Of a DNA stretch of 64,000 bases, positions 9,901 through 19,972 are shown one piece after another (within the stretch, counting starts at the first letter, position 1; the number at the start of each line of letters is the position of its first letter). The stretch is taken from positions 6,816,001 through 6,880,000 of the forward strand of contig OY970194.1 of assembly GCA_963708075.1 (NCBI GenBank), read 5' to 3'. The position numbers were made by a program, and so were the translations under genes. Below the pieces are notes generated by a model. That model was not told the origin of the DNA and did not search any database. It saw only the letters and a program-made list of their open reading frames with translations. The stretch comes from Sedimentisphaerales bacterium (GTDB taxonomy: Bacteria; Planctomycetota; Phycisphaerae; Sedimentisphaerales; Anaerobacaceae).

Positions 9901-10805
9901 ACGTGGAACTCATGACCATTGCCGACTACCGCTTCCACGTCCTTGATCTGCCCTCGCCGTACACCCCTGGACTGATTGATTGGGGCATGGCGGGGCACGA
10001 TCCGCAGAACTCCAGGTGGCTTTCCGTGGGACCGAAGCTGGACCCGGTATCGGTGCCGACCGAAATTCACCCCGGCCAGCGGTTCCAAGTGCAGTTCACC
10101 GCCTCGAACCCGGCCAACCGCACGCTGCGCTGGTGCATGGGCAATCTGCCCGAAGGGGCGTACTATGACGCACAGAGCCGCACGTTCTTCTGGAAGCCGA
10201 CGGCCGACCAGGTGTTCGACGTCCAGACGCTCTCCTTCCTTGTGACCGACGGCATCCTGCAGGACAGCCGCAGCATGTCGGTTGTCGTTGTCCCGGACGC
10301 CATCTACTATGCCGCCATGGATGCGGACCCGAACTGGACGCTGGATGAGGGCTGGGCCTGGGGTCCGCCTACCGGGAAGGGCTCGTGGAATGGCGACCCA
10401 TCCGCCGGACACAGAGGCGAGAATGTCATCGGCTACGCCCTCGACGGTGACTATGCCAACGACTTGGCCCAGCCTCGTTACGCTACGACCGGCCCGATCA
10501 ACTGCGGGCAGTACAGGAACATCCGGCTGAGCTTCTGGCGTTGGCTGGGCGTCGAATCGCCATACGATCAGGCCTCGGTGCAGGTGTCGAACGATGGGAC
10601 CACCTGGGTGGATCTGTGGGTCTCCGGCTGGTCCCACATCTCCGACGATGCCTGGCAGTTCGTGGAGTATGTCGTTCCGCCGGCCGTCGGCGATGGTCGG
10701 GCGACGGTGTACTTCCGCTGGGGCCTCGGACCGACCGATGACTCCGTGGTCTATCCCGGCTGGAATATCGACGATGTCCAGATCACAGGAGATCGCGTCC
10801 AGTAA
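6975..10805 (+). CDS. Secreted S8 subtilase-like protein with FG-GAP/VCBS repeats, Ig-like domain and C-terminal beta-sandwich
   Basis: Signal peptide; prodomain (VEYAQPNY); AVIGTGVD / HETQVAG / ASAGN / GTSFSAP; about eight DxDGDG repeats; NLPEGA Ig-like segment; GWNIDDV C-terminus. Confidence 0.88.
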   Translation: MATGSVEMNRTRRNERSRRIQSAVVAAALLIAGVTLSGAQVSQQQGSEIASPDAGTGQASRLLPNYAQGEVIVKLKESRTAGIQALSQEAALQKYRASLLRLRERYGVEDQGPVFHRTREGLRYRVLKTQRSVPAVCAELNADPEVEYAQPNYIYRPCRTPNDPDFPDQYAHQLIQMEDAWDISTGSHDVIVAVIGTGVDVNHPDLKDNIWVNKAEVPDNELDDDGNGYIDDVHGWNFGESNNNVTPEAEDYYEDIINHETQVAGVIAAVGNNGKGVSGVNWQCSIMALRLGLAYYSDEVAAALDYAAANGARVVNMSFGGDVFGPEGDKVVNTAIDNAYQKGVLLVASAGNSDSSRPHYPAAYPNVMAVASTNGEDLKTGHSTFGPWVDIAAPGTDIVTTDLGNEYIATAGTSFSAPYVAAVAALLFAHRPGLTHVEARAILENTTDPIGYGDVDPNLGYLGTGRVNAYQVLLAADEKLPLGEIAAPKPNQVFAPDVNAVELCFFVHGDSYQLDYRLYGQGEWTKISDGNSPTDPNGLVRVSLTNVGVGTYELRLRVSVGGRTHTDRKVFGIEMAPAQAYWPKPAKPVGEDDMPEDIFLGSPICMDADGDGDNEIIQCAVDWYSYLGGGKVNIWNADGNSLPNWPVEFASDDPWALTVFMPTNVAVGDIDGDGGYEVVVASEYDNLMYAYHVQSGKIVDGNWPAQFGTWAGTLSAGPVLADLDGDGDSEILLALNAESSEDGGLYAFHGDGSLLWERRYTSEGPISVADFDGDGDVEISLCGYGPGLSRVYTFILDHQGQQVARWKGGSPKGTAVADIDGDGKQELIFCTEEEVTVGRTNGSTVWKKKVSDPLEEAGSLTVGDTDGDGYGEVYVATYIAEADGFAFTRLYGFDYKGRELTDAGFPKIVLGSPAKSVPLIAEIDGDGQKELIFAPWGEPLMAWESDGSVTPGFPMLGLPGFGEVSPAVADLDQDGDVELMTIADYRFHVLDLPSPYTPGLIDWGMAGHDPQNSRWLSVGPKLDPVSVPTEIHPGQRFQVQFTASNPANRTLRWCMGNLPEGAYYDAQSRTFFWKPTADQVFDVQTLSFLVTDGILQDSRSMSVVVVPDAIYYAAMDADPNWTLDEGWAWGPPTGKGSWNGDPSAGHRGENVIGYALDGDYANDLAQPRYATTGPINCGQYRNIRLSFWRWLGVESPYDQASVQVSNDGTTWVDLWVSGWSHISDDAWQFVEYVVPPAVGDGRATVYFRWGLGPTDDSVVYPGWNIDDVQITGDRVQ

Positions 10806-10868
10806 ATTGCGAATTGATGATTGCGGATTGCGGATTGGGCAGATTTCCAATCTGCAATCCGCGATCGT
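10806..10868. repeat. 7-mer (GATTGCG-like) tandem array forming an imperfect inverted repeat just after the S8 stop
   Basis: attgcga attgatg attgcgg attgcgg attg ... caatctgcaatccgcgatc. Confidence 0.65.
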
Positions 10869-10947
10869 TGCGCGGAGTACCTGCCCTCGATCTGGGTGTG
10901 GTCGGAATTCGGTGGCGGCGTGTAGCCGCCGTGTGCGGACTGCGCCT

Positions 10948-11227
10948 CTTTCGTCCCTTATGGGACTGGCTTTTGTCCTCGGCCCCGGTTCCCCAGCGAT
11001 CAATCGCTGGGCTATTCTCTATCGCCCTGCGGGCTTGGACTGCGCCATGGCTGAGCTTCGTGATACTGCCAAATTGAAGGCTATTCTCTATCGCCCTTGG
11101 GGCTTGGACTTCGCTTCAGTCCTCTTGCGTCGGCCCGTCCGCCCCACGGGGGCGATCGACACTAGCCCACCGTTTCAACGGTGGGTACGATAGTCAATCC
11201 TATCTCAAAGCCCCGCAGGGGCGAAAG
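10948..11227. repeat. Cluster of REP-like palindromic units (two inverted full units plus one partial duplicate)
   Basis: ctttcgtccc...cccagcgatcaatcgctggg-ctattctctatcgccc; ggctattctctatcgccc repeated near 11010 and 11080; inverted unit agcccaccgtttcaacggtggg...gccccgcaggggcgaaag. Confidence 0.65.
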
Positions 11228-11318
11228 AAGACTGGGCTGCGCTCTTGTGTCGGCTGGAATCCGAATCCGCCACCGAATGGCGGCCACACCCCTCGATCTC
11301 GCCGTCTCTGATTTGACC

Positions 11319-11347
11319 TTGAACAAAACTGCTGCCCTGACTATACT
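11319..11347 (+). promoter_or_regulatory. sigma70-type promoter of tRNA-Thr
   Basis: TTGAAC-N17-TATACT, 40 bp upstream of the tRNA. Confidence 0.7.
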
Positions 11348-11387
11348 CATAAGGGCCGGGGGCCGATATTGCCTTCGTGCGAATAAC

Positions 11388-11459
11388 GCCAACGTAGCTC
11401 AATGGTAGAGCTCTGGTTTTGTAAACCAGGGGTTGTGGGTTCGAATCCCACCGTTGGCT
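11388..11459 (+). tRNA. tRNA-Thr (anticodon UGU), CCA not encoded
   Basis: Acceptor stem GCCAACG/CGTTGGC, D-arm GCTC-AATGGTA-GAGC, anticodon arm CTGGT-TTTGTAA-ACCAG, T-arm GTGGG-TTCGAAT-CCCAC. Confidence 0.97.
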
Positions 11460-11553
11460 GTCCACTTTTCCCCAGGACAGCAGGCGCCAACTGGTCATTG
11501 TGTGTGCCTGACTTGCCCGTATCTGAGCACTTACGAATTGCAGACTCAGCTCT

Positions 11554-11715
11554 TCATGGTGGATCGTGCCAACGGTTGCCAACCGCGAGCCTTCCGAGCA
11601 AAGCTGTAGGTGTCGATTCGGGTGTCAACTCCTGTCGGCCATCGGCGCCGGTTGCCTTCCGGGTCTGATCGTCCACGAATGACAAGTCCGGCAAGCTCTT
11701 CATGGCTGCTTGAGG
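11554..11715 (-). pseudogene. Possible C-terminal remnant of a tyrosine integrase
   Basis: QAAMKSLPDLS...RKATGADG..LTPESTPT resembles, from memory, tails of planctomycete integrases; points toward the tRNA; no catalytic motifs left. Confidence 0.35.
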
Positions 11716-11726
11716 CACCAAGTGGT

Positions 11727-11755
11727 GGGGCCTGTGTCGGATGGACACAGGCCCC
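11727..11755. terminator. Stem-loop downstream of the minus-strand secreted-protein operon
   Basis: Perfect 12-bp stem GGGGCCTGTGTC/GACACAGGCCCC. Confidence 0.6.
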
Positions 11756-11768
11756 GCAACACATGATG

Positions 11769-14700
11769 TCATTCTGACGCGGGCTGGCCGTAGCCGATGT
11801 CATCGATGTAGATCAAGCCGCTGGCCTGCGAAGCAGGCTTGGCCTTGTCGCCCACGCCGATCACGATCTTCTTGATGCTGTTGGTCTTGACCCCGGCGGA
11901 GGTGAATGTGCTTAGTGGGATCTTCCACTGTGTCCAGGTGCCTGCTCCAACGGCAAGCGAATCGGTGTGAACTACCGTAGCCTTGTGGCCGCCCGTGTCC
12001 TCGACCGTGAGGTACAGCGGATCCGGCAGGTTGCCGGCCGGCTGTTCAACGGTCAACGACACCGATTCCCACTGGCCGGTCACGTTGCCTGTAGTGGTGA
12101 TGTTTGAGAACTCCGCCTGTGTGACTACGCCGGCGACATGGCTGGTTGCCGCCAGACCGATGTAGACCTGATCGCCCATCGCGATCGTCTGCGGGTTCCA
12201 CGGGTTCGCCACCCAGGTCGTGGGGGTTCTCACCCGTCGCATAGTAGACATTGAACAGATCACCCTTGCGTTCGAGCTTGATCCACAGGGGAATCTGGGC
12301 GGTCGTCTGCGCCGTCGGCAGCGTCAATGTCGTGTCGCTGGTAGCGGCGACGCTCATGGTCAGCCGCGCCTGGAAGTGCACGCCATTGGCAGGACTGGCC
12401 ATCGCCAGCGCCCAGGCCGAGCCTGCATCCAGGGTCCGCCGGATCATCACGCCGGCCTTGGCCCAGGGGTCGGTAGCGTCGAGGCGTTCAACTCTCGCGA
12501 CGATAGAACCATCGCCGGTGAGCTGCTTATAGACGAACCGGCCCTGGTCGGCCGTGCCCCAGATGTCCGTGCCCATACCATTCATCAGAATGTGCCCGTT
12601 GGCAGTCTGCACGAAACCGATGGGGGTGCCTCGCAAGTACAGGCTCAGCGTATCGGCCCCGTTGGCGGTCCAGTCCTGAGCCGTCTTCCAGGTCCGCTCG
12701 GCCTCTGAAGCGGGGAGGCTGGTGTTATCGTAGTACAGGGGCATGGATTGCCTGCCGCCATGGACGATCGCAGTCTCGGCAATCGTTTTGCCGAAGTGCA
12801 CGCCGCCGGAGGTCCAGATGTCGTGTCCGACACCCGAGCCGGTGCCATTGCCGGGATTGTCCGTCGGGAAGAACTCGTCCGCCGAGAAGCCATAGCCGTC
12901 GATCCACGCCTGGAACAGACGATTCGGCGAGTCGTTAGTGTAGCTCTCGAAATCCTCGATGACTACGTACTCCACAGTGGAGAAACTCCAGACGTCGCTT
13001 TCCCATGTGGTGGGACTGGCGGCCTGGTTGACCTCGACGACTTTCCAGTAGTAGGTCGCGCCCAGCTCCAAGGCTGAAGGCGCGTATCTGGCCTCGGTCC
13101 GTGTGACTGCCGGGGCTGTGCCATCCGCCACGGCATTGCTGTCGGTGCTCAGATACACCTGGTGTGAGACGGCCTCCCGGCCCGCTCGCCAACTCAGCAC
13201 GATATCCGGACCTGTGCCTGTGGCGCCGGAGGCCGGCTTAGGCTCTCGTGCACTCACCGGCACATGATAGAATCGCACCTCGCTCAAGCCGAACTGAGGG
13301 AACAGCCCGCCGCTCCAATTGCTGTTGATGGTCAGCTTGACGTACTTGGCCGCCGCACCACCGAAATCGACAGTGGTGCTGTATGCGTACCCAGATGTGC
13401 CGGGGGCTTTGGCGAACTCGGGTACACCCTCCAAAGCGCTCCAGTTGTTTGCATCGGTGGAGTACTCGACGGTGACGCTCTTGGCTCCCAGACCCGCCAA
13501 TGCCTCGATCAACTGATTGGAGTTCCAGACCTGCATCTCCTGCAGCTTGTAGACGCGGTCAAACTCATACTGAATCCAGGCCGGTTGCGGCGCTGTGCTG
13601 TTGCTGAGCCACATGGTGTCGGCGGCCGTCCCATGCAAATCATCGGCATCCAGGCCGGAACCGTCGATGGTCTTCTCCGGTCCCGTGTCGGCCGTGTGCG
13701 AGCTGGAGGCCGTAGCCACGATCCCCGTGAGCGGATATGCATACGGCTCGACTGTGAAGCTCCACACGCTACCCTTGAAGACCGTGGAATCGGGCGCCGC
13801 ATTAACCTCGTCCACGCGCCAGTAGTAGGTCTGACCGAATTCGAGAAGCCCGGCCGGATCAAAGGTATTGGCATCCTGGCCCGCGCTGGCCAATACGCTC
13901 AGCGAATTGGCAGCCGTAGCCGAATCGACGTCGGCCTGGCTGGTCCCGAAGTAAACATCATGCTTGCCGGCGGAGGCCGCAGGCTTCCAGCCCAGGATCA
14001 CGTCCCGCAGTACATCCGTCGCTTTATTGGCAGGACTCGGATTCTTCGCTTGGGTCGGCTTCGACAGACCCTGGTCGCCATCCCACCAAATCTCATCGGC
14101 ATAGATTCTGGTTGCCTGCCCTGTTCCGGTCGGATTGGCAAAGATCATGCCGTTGAGAGAGCCGGGTGTCGTGACTCCGAAGGCAATACCGCTCTTGACC
14201 ATGTCTACCGAGGTCGGCCGGGTAGCCGCTCCGGCCGGCGCCGCGGCCTTACTGAGATACAGATCGAAGGTATCGGTCCCATGATCGGCCACAATCCAGA
14301 CGTTGTACCATTGGCTGCGTGCCAGACCGGTCTTGAGAACCGTCGCACCGTCCGTTGTGGCGAGGTCAAATCCCGTGCCGTTGTCCACGAGCTTGAATCC
14401 GGCCGGGACGATCTTCGGATCCCCGGCCTTCGCGCTGGTGAGGGGGTTGGTGGTCGTATCGGAAATCAAACCCATATGGGCACGTATGTTGCCGCCTGTG
14501 GTCATCATGAACCGGAAGAACCCTACTCCCGTCTCCCCATCATCGATCGGATTGCTTATGGCGTTGAATCCGATGGCGCGTACCAGTGTGCCGGAACTGT
14601 GGCCAATGACAGACGCGGTAGTACTTCCGTCCTGGGTCGGCAGGCCGGCGTTGCCGGTGGCTTCGCCCTCCGTATCCAAGGTGCCTCCCAGCACTCCGTT

Positions 14701-14832
14701 GCAGGCCTGGCCATCGGGCTGGCCCGTGAGACCATCGAAATTTGCCACCAGTTTCAGTTCCGCCTGGGCGGTTGTGCTCACCAGCACCACCGCCAGGATT
14801 GCCGCCACGTTCCTCATCAATCTTTTCATCAT
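11769..14832 (-). CDS. Large secreted modular protein (N-terminal jelly-roll-like domain, Ig-like modules, discoidin/F5-8C domain, conserved C-terminal module); frameshift at G5 run 12222-12226
   Basis: ORFs 12046..14832 and 11769..12263 together match the paralog at 14978..17977; signal peptide; TYYWRVDEVN...VWSFT modules; FGLSEVRFY. Confidence 0.85.
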
Positions 14833-14977
14833 CCCAACCCTTCAAAACAGATGTAAGTCACTGTTGCCCAGTAATCCGAAGAGCGGGGCCCAAGCCTTCC
14901 GGCACGAGCCCCGCCCAGTATGATCTATGCGATCCATCTCAGGTGTTATCATACCCGAAAGCGGTCATCCATTCAAG

Positions 14978-17977
14978 CTACTGGCCCGCGGCGGAACGGC
15001 CGTAGCCGATGTCGTCGATGTAGATCAAGCCGGTAGCACCGGAGGCAGGCTTGGTCTTGTCACCCACGCCGATCACCATCTTCTTGATGCTATCGGTCTT
15101 CACGCCGGCCGAGGTGAACGTGCTCAGCGGAATACTCCACTGCGTCCAGGCGCCTGCTCCAGCGGCATATGGGTCGGTATGGACCACCGTGGCCTTGTGG
15201 CCGCCGCTATCCTCGACTGTGAGGTAGAGCGCATCCAGCAGGTTGCCGGCCGGCTGCTCGATACCGAGCGATTCCGATTGCCACTGGCCTGTCACGTTGC
15301 CTGTGGTGGCAACACCGGAGAACTCCGCCTGTGCGGCCACGCCGGCGGCGTGGCTGGTCACCGCCAGACCAATGTAGATGCTGACGCCCATGGCGATCGT
15401 CTGCGGATTCCACACCATCGGCTTCCAGACGGTGCCTGCGGCATCCGTGGCATAGTAGCCATTGAACTGATCGCCCTTGCGTTCGAGCTTGATCCAGGCC
15501 GGGGTACGGATGGCCATCTGCTCCGCCGTCGCTATGAGGGTGTCGCTCGCCCCTGCGCCGGCGGTTGTCGGCCGCGTCTGGAATCGAACGCCATTTTCGC
15601 CGGCCCAGCACACGTACGCCCAAACGGAGGACGGGTCCAGAGTATGGCGGATCATCACGCCAGCCTTCGCCCATGCATTCGTGTTATCCAGGCGATCCAC
15701 TCTGGCGATAATAGATCCGTCGCCGGTGAGCTGCTTGTAGACGAACCGGCCCTGGTCGGTCGTGCTGTAGATGTCCGCGCCCACGCCGCTCATCAGGATG
15801 TGGTCCGGCGAGAGCTCCGCGAAGCCCACGGGACTGCCTCGGAAGTACAGACTCAGCGTGTCGGCCCTGTTGGTGGTCCAATCCTGAGCCGTCTTCCAGG
15901 TCCGTTCGGCCTCGGAAGTGGGGACGCTGGTGTTACTGTAATACAGGGGCATGGATTGCCTGCCGCCATGGATGATCGTGGTCTCGGCAATCGTTCTGCC
16001 GTAGTGTACGCCGCCAGAGGTCCAGATATCGTGTCCGACGCCCGAGCCTGTGCCATTGCCGGGATTGTCCGTCGGGAAGAACTCGTCTGCCGAGAAGCCA
16101 TAGCCATCGATCCACGCCTGGAACATGCGGTTCGGCGACTCATTGGCGTAGCTCTCGAAATCATCGATGGGAAGGTAGTTGACAATCGTGAAGCTCCAGA
16201 CGTCGCTTTCCCACATGGTGGGGTTGGCAGCCTCGTTGACCTCGACGACTTTCCAGTAGTAGGTCATGCCCAGCTCCAAGGCTGAAGGAGCGTAGCTGGC
16301 CTCGGTCCGTGTGACTGCCGGGGCTGTGTTGTCGGCCACGGCATTGCTGTCGGTGCTCAGATACACCTGGTGTGAGACAGCCTCCCGGCCCGCTCGCCAG
16401 CTCAGCACAATATCCGGACCTGTGCCTGTGGCGCCGGAGGCCGGCTTAGGCTCTCGTGCACTCACCGGCACATGATAGAATCGCACCTCGCTCAAGCCGA
16501 ACTGAGGGAACAGGCCGCCGCTCCAATTGCTGTTGATGGTCAGCTTGACGTACTTGGCGGCCGCACCACCGAAATCGACGGTGGTGTTGTGGGCGTACCC
16601 GGGTGCGCCGGGGGCCCTGGTAAACTCCGGCACGCCGGCCAGCGTTGTCCAGGCAGTCCCATCAGTGGAGTACTCGATCGTGACGCTCTTGGCTCCCAGA
16701 CCCGCCAGTGCCTCGATCAACTGATTGGAGTTCCATACCCACATCTCCTGCAGCTTGTAGACGCGGTCGAACTCATATTGGATCCAGGCGGGCTTAGGTC
16801 CCGCAGCACTGCTGACCCACACAGTATTATCGGTGATGCCATGCAGGTCGGCGGCATCCAGGCCGGAGCCGTCGATGGTCTTCTCTGGTCCTGTATCGGC
16901 GGTGTACACACTGGAGGCCGTAGCCACGATGCCCGTAAGCGGATATGCATACGGCTCCGAGGTAAAGCTCCACACGTTACCCTTGAAGACCGTGGAATCC
17001 GGCGCCGCGTTGACCTCATCGACGCGCCAGTAGTAGGTCTGACCGAATTCCAGCAGCCCGGCCGGATCGAAGGTATTGGCATCCTGGCCTGCCTTGGCCA
17101 GCACGCCCAGCGGATTGGCGGCGCCGGCGGTGTTGACGTCGGCAAACGATACCCCGAAATACACATCATGGGTGGCGGCGAACGGCCCGGGCGTCCAGCT
17201 CAGAACCACGTCGCCGGGCACATCGGTCTGTCCATCCGCCGGGAATGGACCTTTGGCGAGCTCGGCGCCGCTGTCGCGGCCTGACATTATCACCTGAATC
17301 TGCGCTTCCGGCAGAGCCCCGTTATAGACGCGCACATCATCGAGCATTCCATTGAAATACCATCGGGGGGTGCTTCCGTTTCTGTCTTCTCTTCCGATTG
17401 CGGCGGGCAGAGTCGAGTTGTCGATCGGCTCGCCCCGGTCCTGGTTCGCCGGGCCGTTGAGTTGCCCGTTGATATAGAAGTTCGTCAGGTCTCCCTGAAT
17501 CGTCACAGCCACATGGGTCCACTCGTTCAGGCGAACGGAAGTGGTGGAAAAGACGGATGTGTCGTTTCCGGTCCAGAGCAGATTGGGAGGAGTCGTGTCC
17601 CCCTTGATCGACAGGGAGTAAGCGGCTCTCCATTCCCCCTTGGTGAAGATGGCGTTGTGGTTCTTGGTCACGGCCGGATTGACCCAGGCCGCGATGGTCG
17701 CCTGGCCGGCGCCGCTCAGATCCAGAGCGGCAGGATTCCCCAGATCGATATAGTCATCGGTGCCGTCGGCTTGCCATGCACCGCCGATCTTCCCGGTCAC
17801 CCACGTCCCGCCCCCTCGGACAGTACCGTTGACTCCGCTGCTGCTGGAGTCGGCGGCAATTGTGCCGGAGGTTTCATCGAGCTTCCAGTGGCCAACGAGG
17901 GCGCCCCAGGTAGTGCTGCCCAGTGCGACTGCCATCGCCACGGCACAGAGCGTCAGGTGTTGTGATTTCTTACCCAT
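14978..17977 (-). CDS. Large secreted LamG + discoidin-domain modular protein
   Basis: Signal peptide; LVGHWKLDE...WTHVAVT...FNGMLDDVRVYN LamG motif; discoidin domain; C-terminal IDDFESY...IYIDDI module. Confidence 0.88.
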   Translation of the reverse strand: MGKKSQHLTLCAVAMAVALGSTTWGALVGHWKLDETSGTIAADSSSSGVNGTVRGGGTWVTGKIGGAWQADGTDDYIDLGNPAALDLSGAGQATIAAWVNPAVTKNHNAIFTKGEWRAAYSLSIKGDTTPPNLLWTGNDTSVFSTTSVRLNEWTHVAVTIQGDLTNFYINGQLNGPANQDRGEPIDNSTLPAAIGREDRNGSTPRWYFNGMLDDVRVYNGALPEAQIQVIMSGRDSGAELAKGPFPADGQTDVPGDVVLSWTPGPFAATHDVYFGVSFADVNTAGAANPLGVLAKAGQDANTFDPAGLLEFGQTYYWRVDEVNAAPDSTVFKGNVWSFTSEPYAYPLTGIVATASSVYTADTGPEKTIDGSGLDAADLHGITDNTVWVSSAAGPKPAWIQYEFDRVYKLQEMWVWNSNQLIEALAGLGAKSVTIEYSTDGTAWTTLAGVPEFTRAPGAPGYAHNTTVDFGGAAAKYVKLTINSNWSGGLFPQFGLSEVRFYHVPVSAREPKPASGATGTGPDIVLSWRAGREAVSHQVYLSTDSNAVADNTAPAVTRTEASYAPSALELGMTYYWKVVEVNEAANPTMWESDVWSFTIVNYLPIDDFESYANESPNRMFQAWIDGYGFSADEFFPTDNPGNGTGSGVGHDIWTSGGVHYGRTIAETTIIHGGRQSMPLYYSNTSVPTSEAERTWKTAQDWTTNRADTLSLYFRGSPVGFAELSPDHILMSGVGADIYSTTDQGRFVYKQLTGDGSIIARVDRLDNTNAWAKAGVMIRHTLDPSSVWAYVCWAGENGVRFQTRPTTAGAGASDTLIATAEQMAIRTPAWIKLERKGDQFNGYYATDAAGTVWKPMVWNPQTIAMGVSIYIGLAVTSHAAGVAAQAEFSGVATTGNVTGQWQSESLGIEQPAGNLLDALYLTVEDSGGHKATVVHTDPYAAGAGAWTQWSIPLSTFTSAGVKTDSIKKMVIGVGDKTKPASGATGLIYIDDIGYGRSAAGQ

Positions 17978-18139
17978 GACTATCCTCCTTCAAAGATGGA
18001 AAACAAGATGCTTATGCGACAGTTGTACGGCCTGTCTTCTTCGGGCCTTGCGAACAAGGCCGGTGTGACCTCCACCGATGTTCAGCCGGGAGACTGCAGG
18101 AGCTGCGGCTGAACCAGAATACCCATTCACTTGATTGTC

Positions 18140-19972
18140 TTACTGAGCTTCTCTGCCCGTGCCGGCATCTTTCTCTCTCATCAGCTCCAAAGCCGGCTCG
18201 GCAAACATGGCCCAGCAGTAGCGATACGCGCCGGGGTTTGTCGTGGCTAATGTCAGAAAACGATCACGAGGACCGATTGAAACGTCGATGGGTTCGGACT
18301 GAGCAGGCACGACGCCCAGCGTTCTGGAGAACCGGGGCCGGCCATCCACCAGGACCCAGAACGTCACCCCGATGGTATTGGGGTCGGCATCGCGCTCGGC
18401 AAAGCGGACTACGTTCTCCGACACTCCGCAGCGAGCGTGAAAACGACTGATCGCCGCCTCCGGCATTGCATTACGGATCGCGTCCAAGTCGAATGTAATC
18501 CCGGCGTTGGGGTGCATTCCTATGGAGGGATTGGCCCTTGTGTCGTAAATCCGCCCGGCTAACTGTCCGTAATGGACCTCTCCTGAGGAGCCGACCTGGA
18601 ATGTGGCCCCATTGACGATCGATTCGTAGCTCGTGCCGGACGTCCTGGGACATTGCTCGAAGCGAATGCCCGTGGAGGTGACGATCGCGGAGCCATCATT
18701 GCTGTCGGGGACGAACACGCCGTCAATGAATGGCAGCGACGGCACAGGCATGAACCCATTGTCGTTCTTCCTCAGGATCGTTCGGCGGGATGCGATCTGA
18801 CCCGTGGAGGCATCGATGCCCTGCCCCCAGACGCCGGTATCCAGACCATTGCCTGCCCCGACCATGTCCGCCAGGCTCAATCGTCTGCCCGGAATGGCAA
18901 ACCCGTCTCGCGCGGGGATGGTGCGAACGAACAGATGAGGCCTTTGCTGCACGGGGACTCGCCGGGTCTGCCCGTTGGCTGCGACAGTCATCGCTTCGTT
19001 CTTAACCAGCCTTTGGGGCTGCACCACGGAACCGGCGCCGGCACGCTCAAAATCGATTCGGCCATCGAAGACATGCACCTCGGTGTTGCCGGCATTGCCT
19101 GCCAGCAGCCCGAATTCCGTTCCAAAATCGACAATGCTGGAGTCGGGCGTTTTGACGGCGAATCCCGTTGCGGAGGGGGGCACCTTGGCGGTGATCCAGC
19201 CGCTTTCCAGAAACATGCGGTTGGCGTTGCGCAGGTTGAATGTGCTCGGGGCCTGCAGAATGACCTCAGCGCCTTTCTTCAGCTTGATCCGGGCATACCC
19301 CTCTTCCAGCGTCATCAGGCCTGTTCGTAACTTGCCTGTCTGGTCGATGGGGATGTCCCACTTGGCATTGGCCGAATCCACGAGTATGCCCAGGGTCCGG
19401 TTCGCGTAGATATAGAGACCGAGAGCCGCAAGGATGCCCAACGCAAACAGACAGATAGCCGCCGTTTTGACCAGCCTGGCCCCGACAGCCGCGAATCGCT
19501 GCGCGGCCTGGGTGGCTTCGCAGATACCGGACCATAAGTCCCACCGCGCCGGAGTCTGTGACTGTGACTGGGCCCGTTGTTCCTCGGCGAGAAAAGCAGC
19601 AAGCTGCTGGCTCGCGTAGCGTTCGATCCGGCGAATTCTGTCCTCCTCGGAGGTTTCAGGGCCGACACGAGGAGCATCGGTGTTTTCCCGTCCATGTGCC
19701 TTCGGCGCCGGACACTCTACTATGCGGGATGACGTCTCCCGCTGCGTCTGAGGCTCATTGGCGCCCATCAGGGTCTCGGCCTTCGGCAGGCTCCCCACGA
19801 GATCCATCAGACCGACATAGGTGGTGATAAACTCCACGTAATAAGCGCGAGCCTCACGGTTCGTGGTGATCTCGTGATCAAGGACGGCGAACTGCTCAGG
19901 CGAGATCGTGCCATCGAGAGAGCGGACGATCCATTCCGCGAAGTCCCGTGGAATCGGATTCCCCTGGCTCAT
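18140..19972 (-). CDS. FecR-like anti-sigma factor with C-terminal NPCBM-like domain
   Basis: N-terminal EARAYYVEF, one TM helix, FecR motif GFAVKTP..IVDFGTEFG...EVHVFDG, C-terminal HPNAGITFDL; overlaps sigma stop (ATGA). Confidence 0.85.
   Translation of the reverse strand: MSQGNPIPRDFAEWIVRSLDGTISPEQFAVLDHEITTNREARAYYVEFITTYVGLMDLVGSLPKAETLMGANEPQTQRETSSRIVECPAPKAHGRENTDAPRVGPETSEEDRIRRIERYASQQLAAFLAEEQRAQSQSQTPARWDLWSGICEATQAAQRFAAVGARLVKTAAICLFALGILAALGLYIYANRTLGILVDSANAKWDIPIDQTGKLRTGLMTLEEGYARIKLKKGAEVILQAPSTFNLRNANRMFLESGWITAKVPPSATGFAVKTPDSSIVDFGTEFGLLAGNAGNTEVHVFDGRIDFERAGAGSVVQPQRLVKNEAMTVAANGQTRRVPVQQRPHLFVRTIPARDGFAIPGRRLSLADMVGAGNGLDTGVWGQGIDASTGQIASRRTILRKNDNGFMPVPSLPFIDGVFVPDSNDGSAIVTSTGIRFEQCPRTSGTSYESIVNGATFQVGSSGEVHYGQLAGRIYDTRANPSIGMHPNAGITFDLDAIRNAMPEAAISRFHARCGVSENVVRFAERDADPNTIGVTFWVLVDGRPRFSRTLGVVPAQSEPIDVSIGPRDRFLTLATTNPGAYRYCWAMFAEPALELMREKDAGTGREAQ

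Noticed and set aside
10806..11227. Possible CRISPR array
   Set aside because: No regularly spaced identical repeats with unique spacers and no cas genes; these are REP-like palindromes.
12222..12226. Phase variation or programmed frameshift at G5 run
   Set aside because: The run is short and similar single indels are widespread, so sequencing error is simpler.
11769..17977. Diversity-generating retroelement template/variable repeat pair
   Set aside because: No reverse transcriptase in the window; differences are not adenine-specific and both copies are coding.
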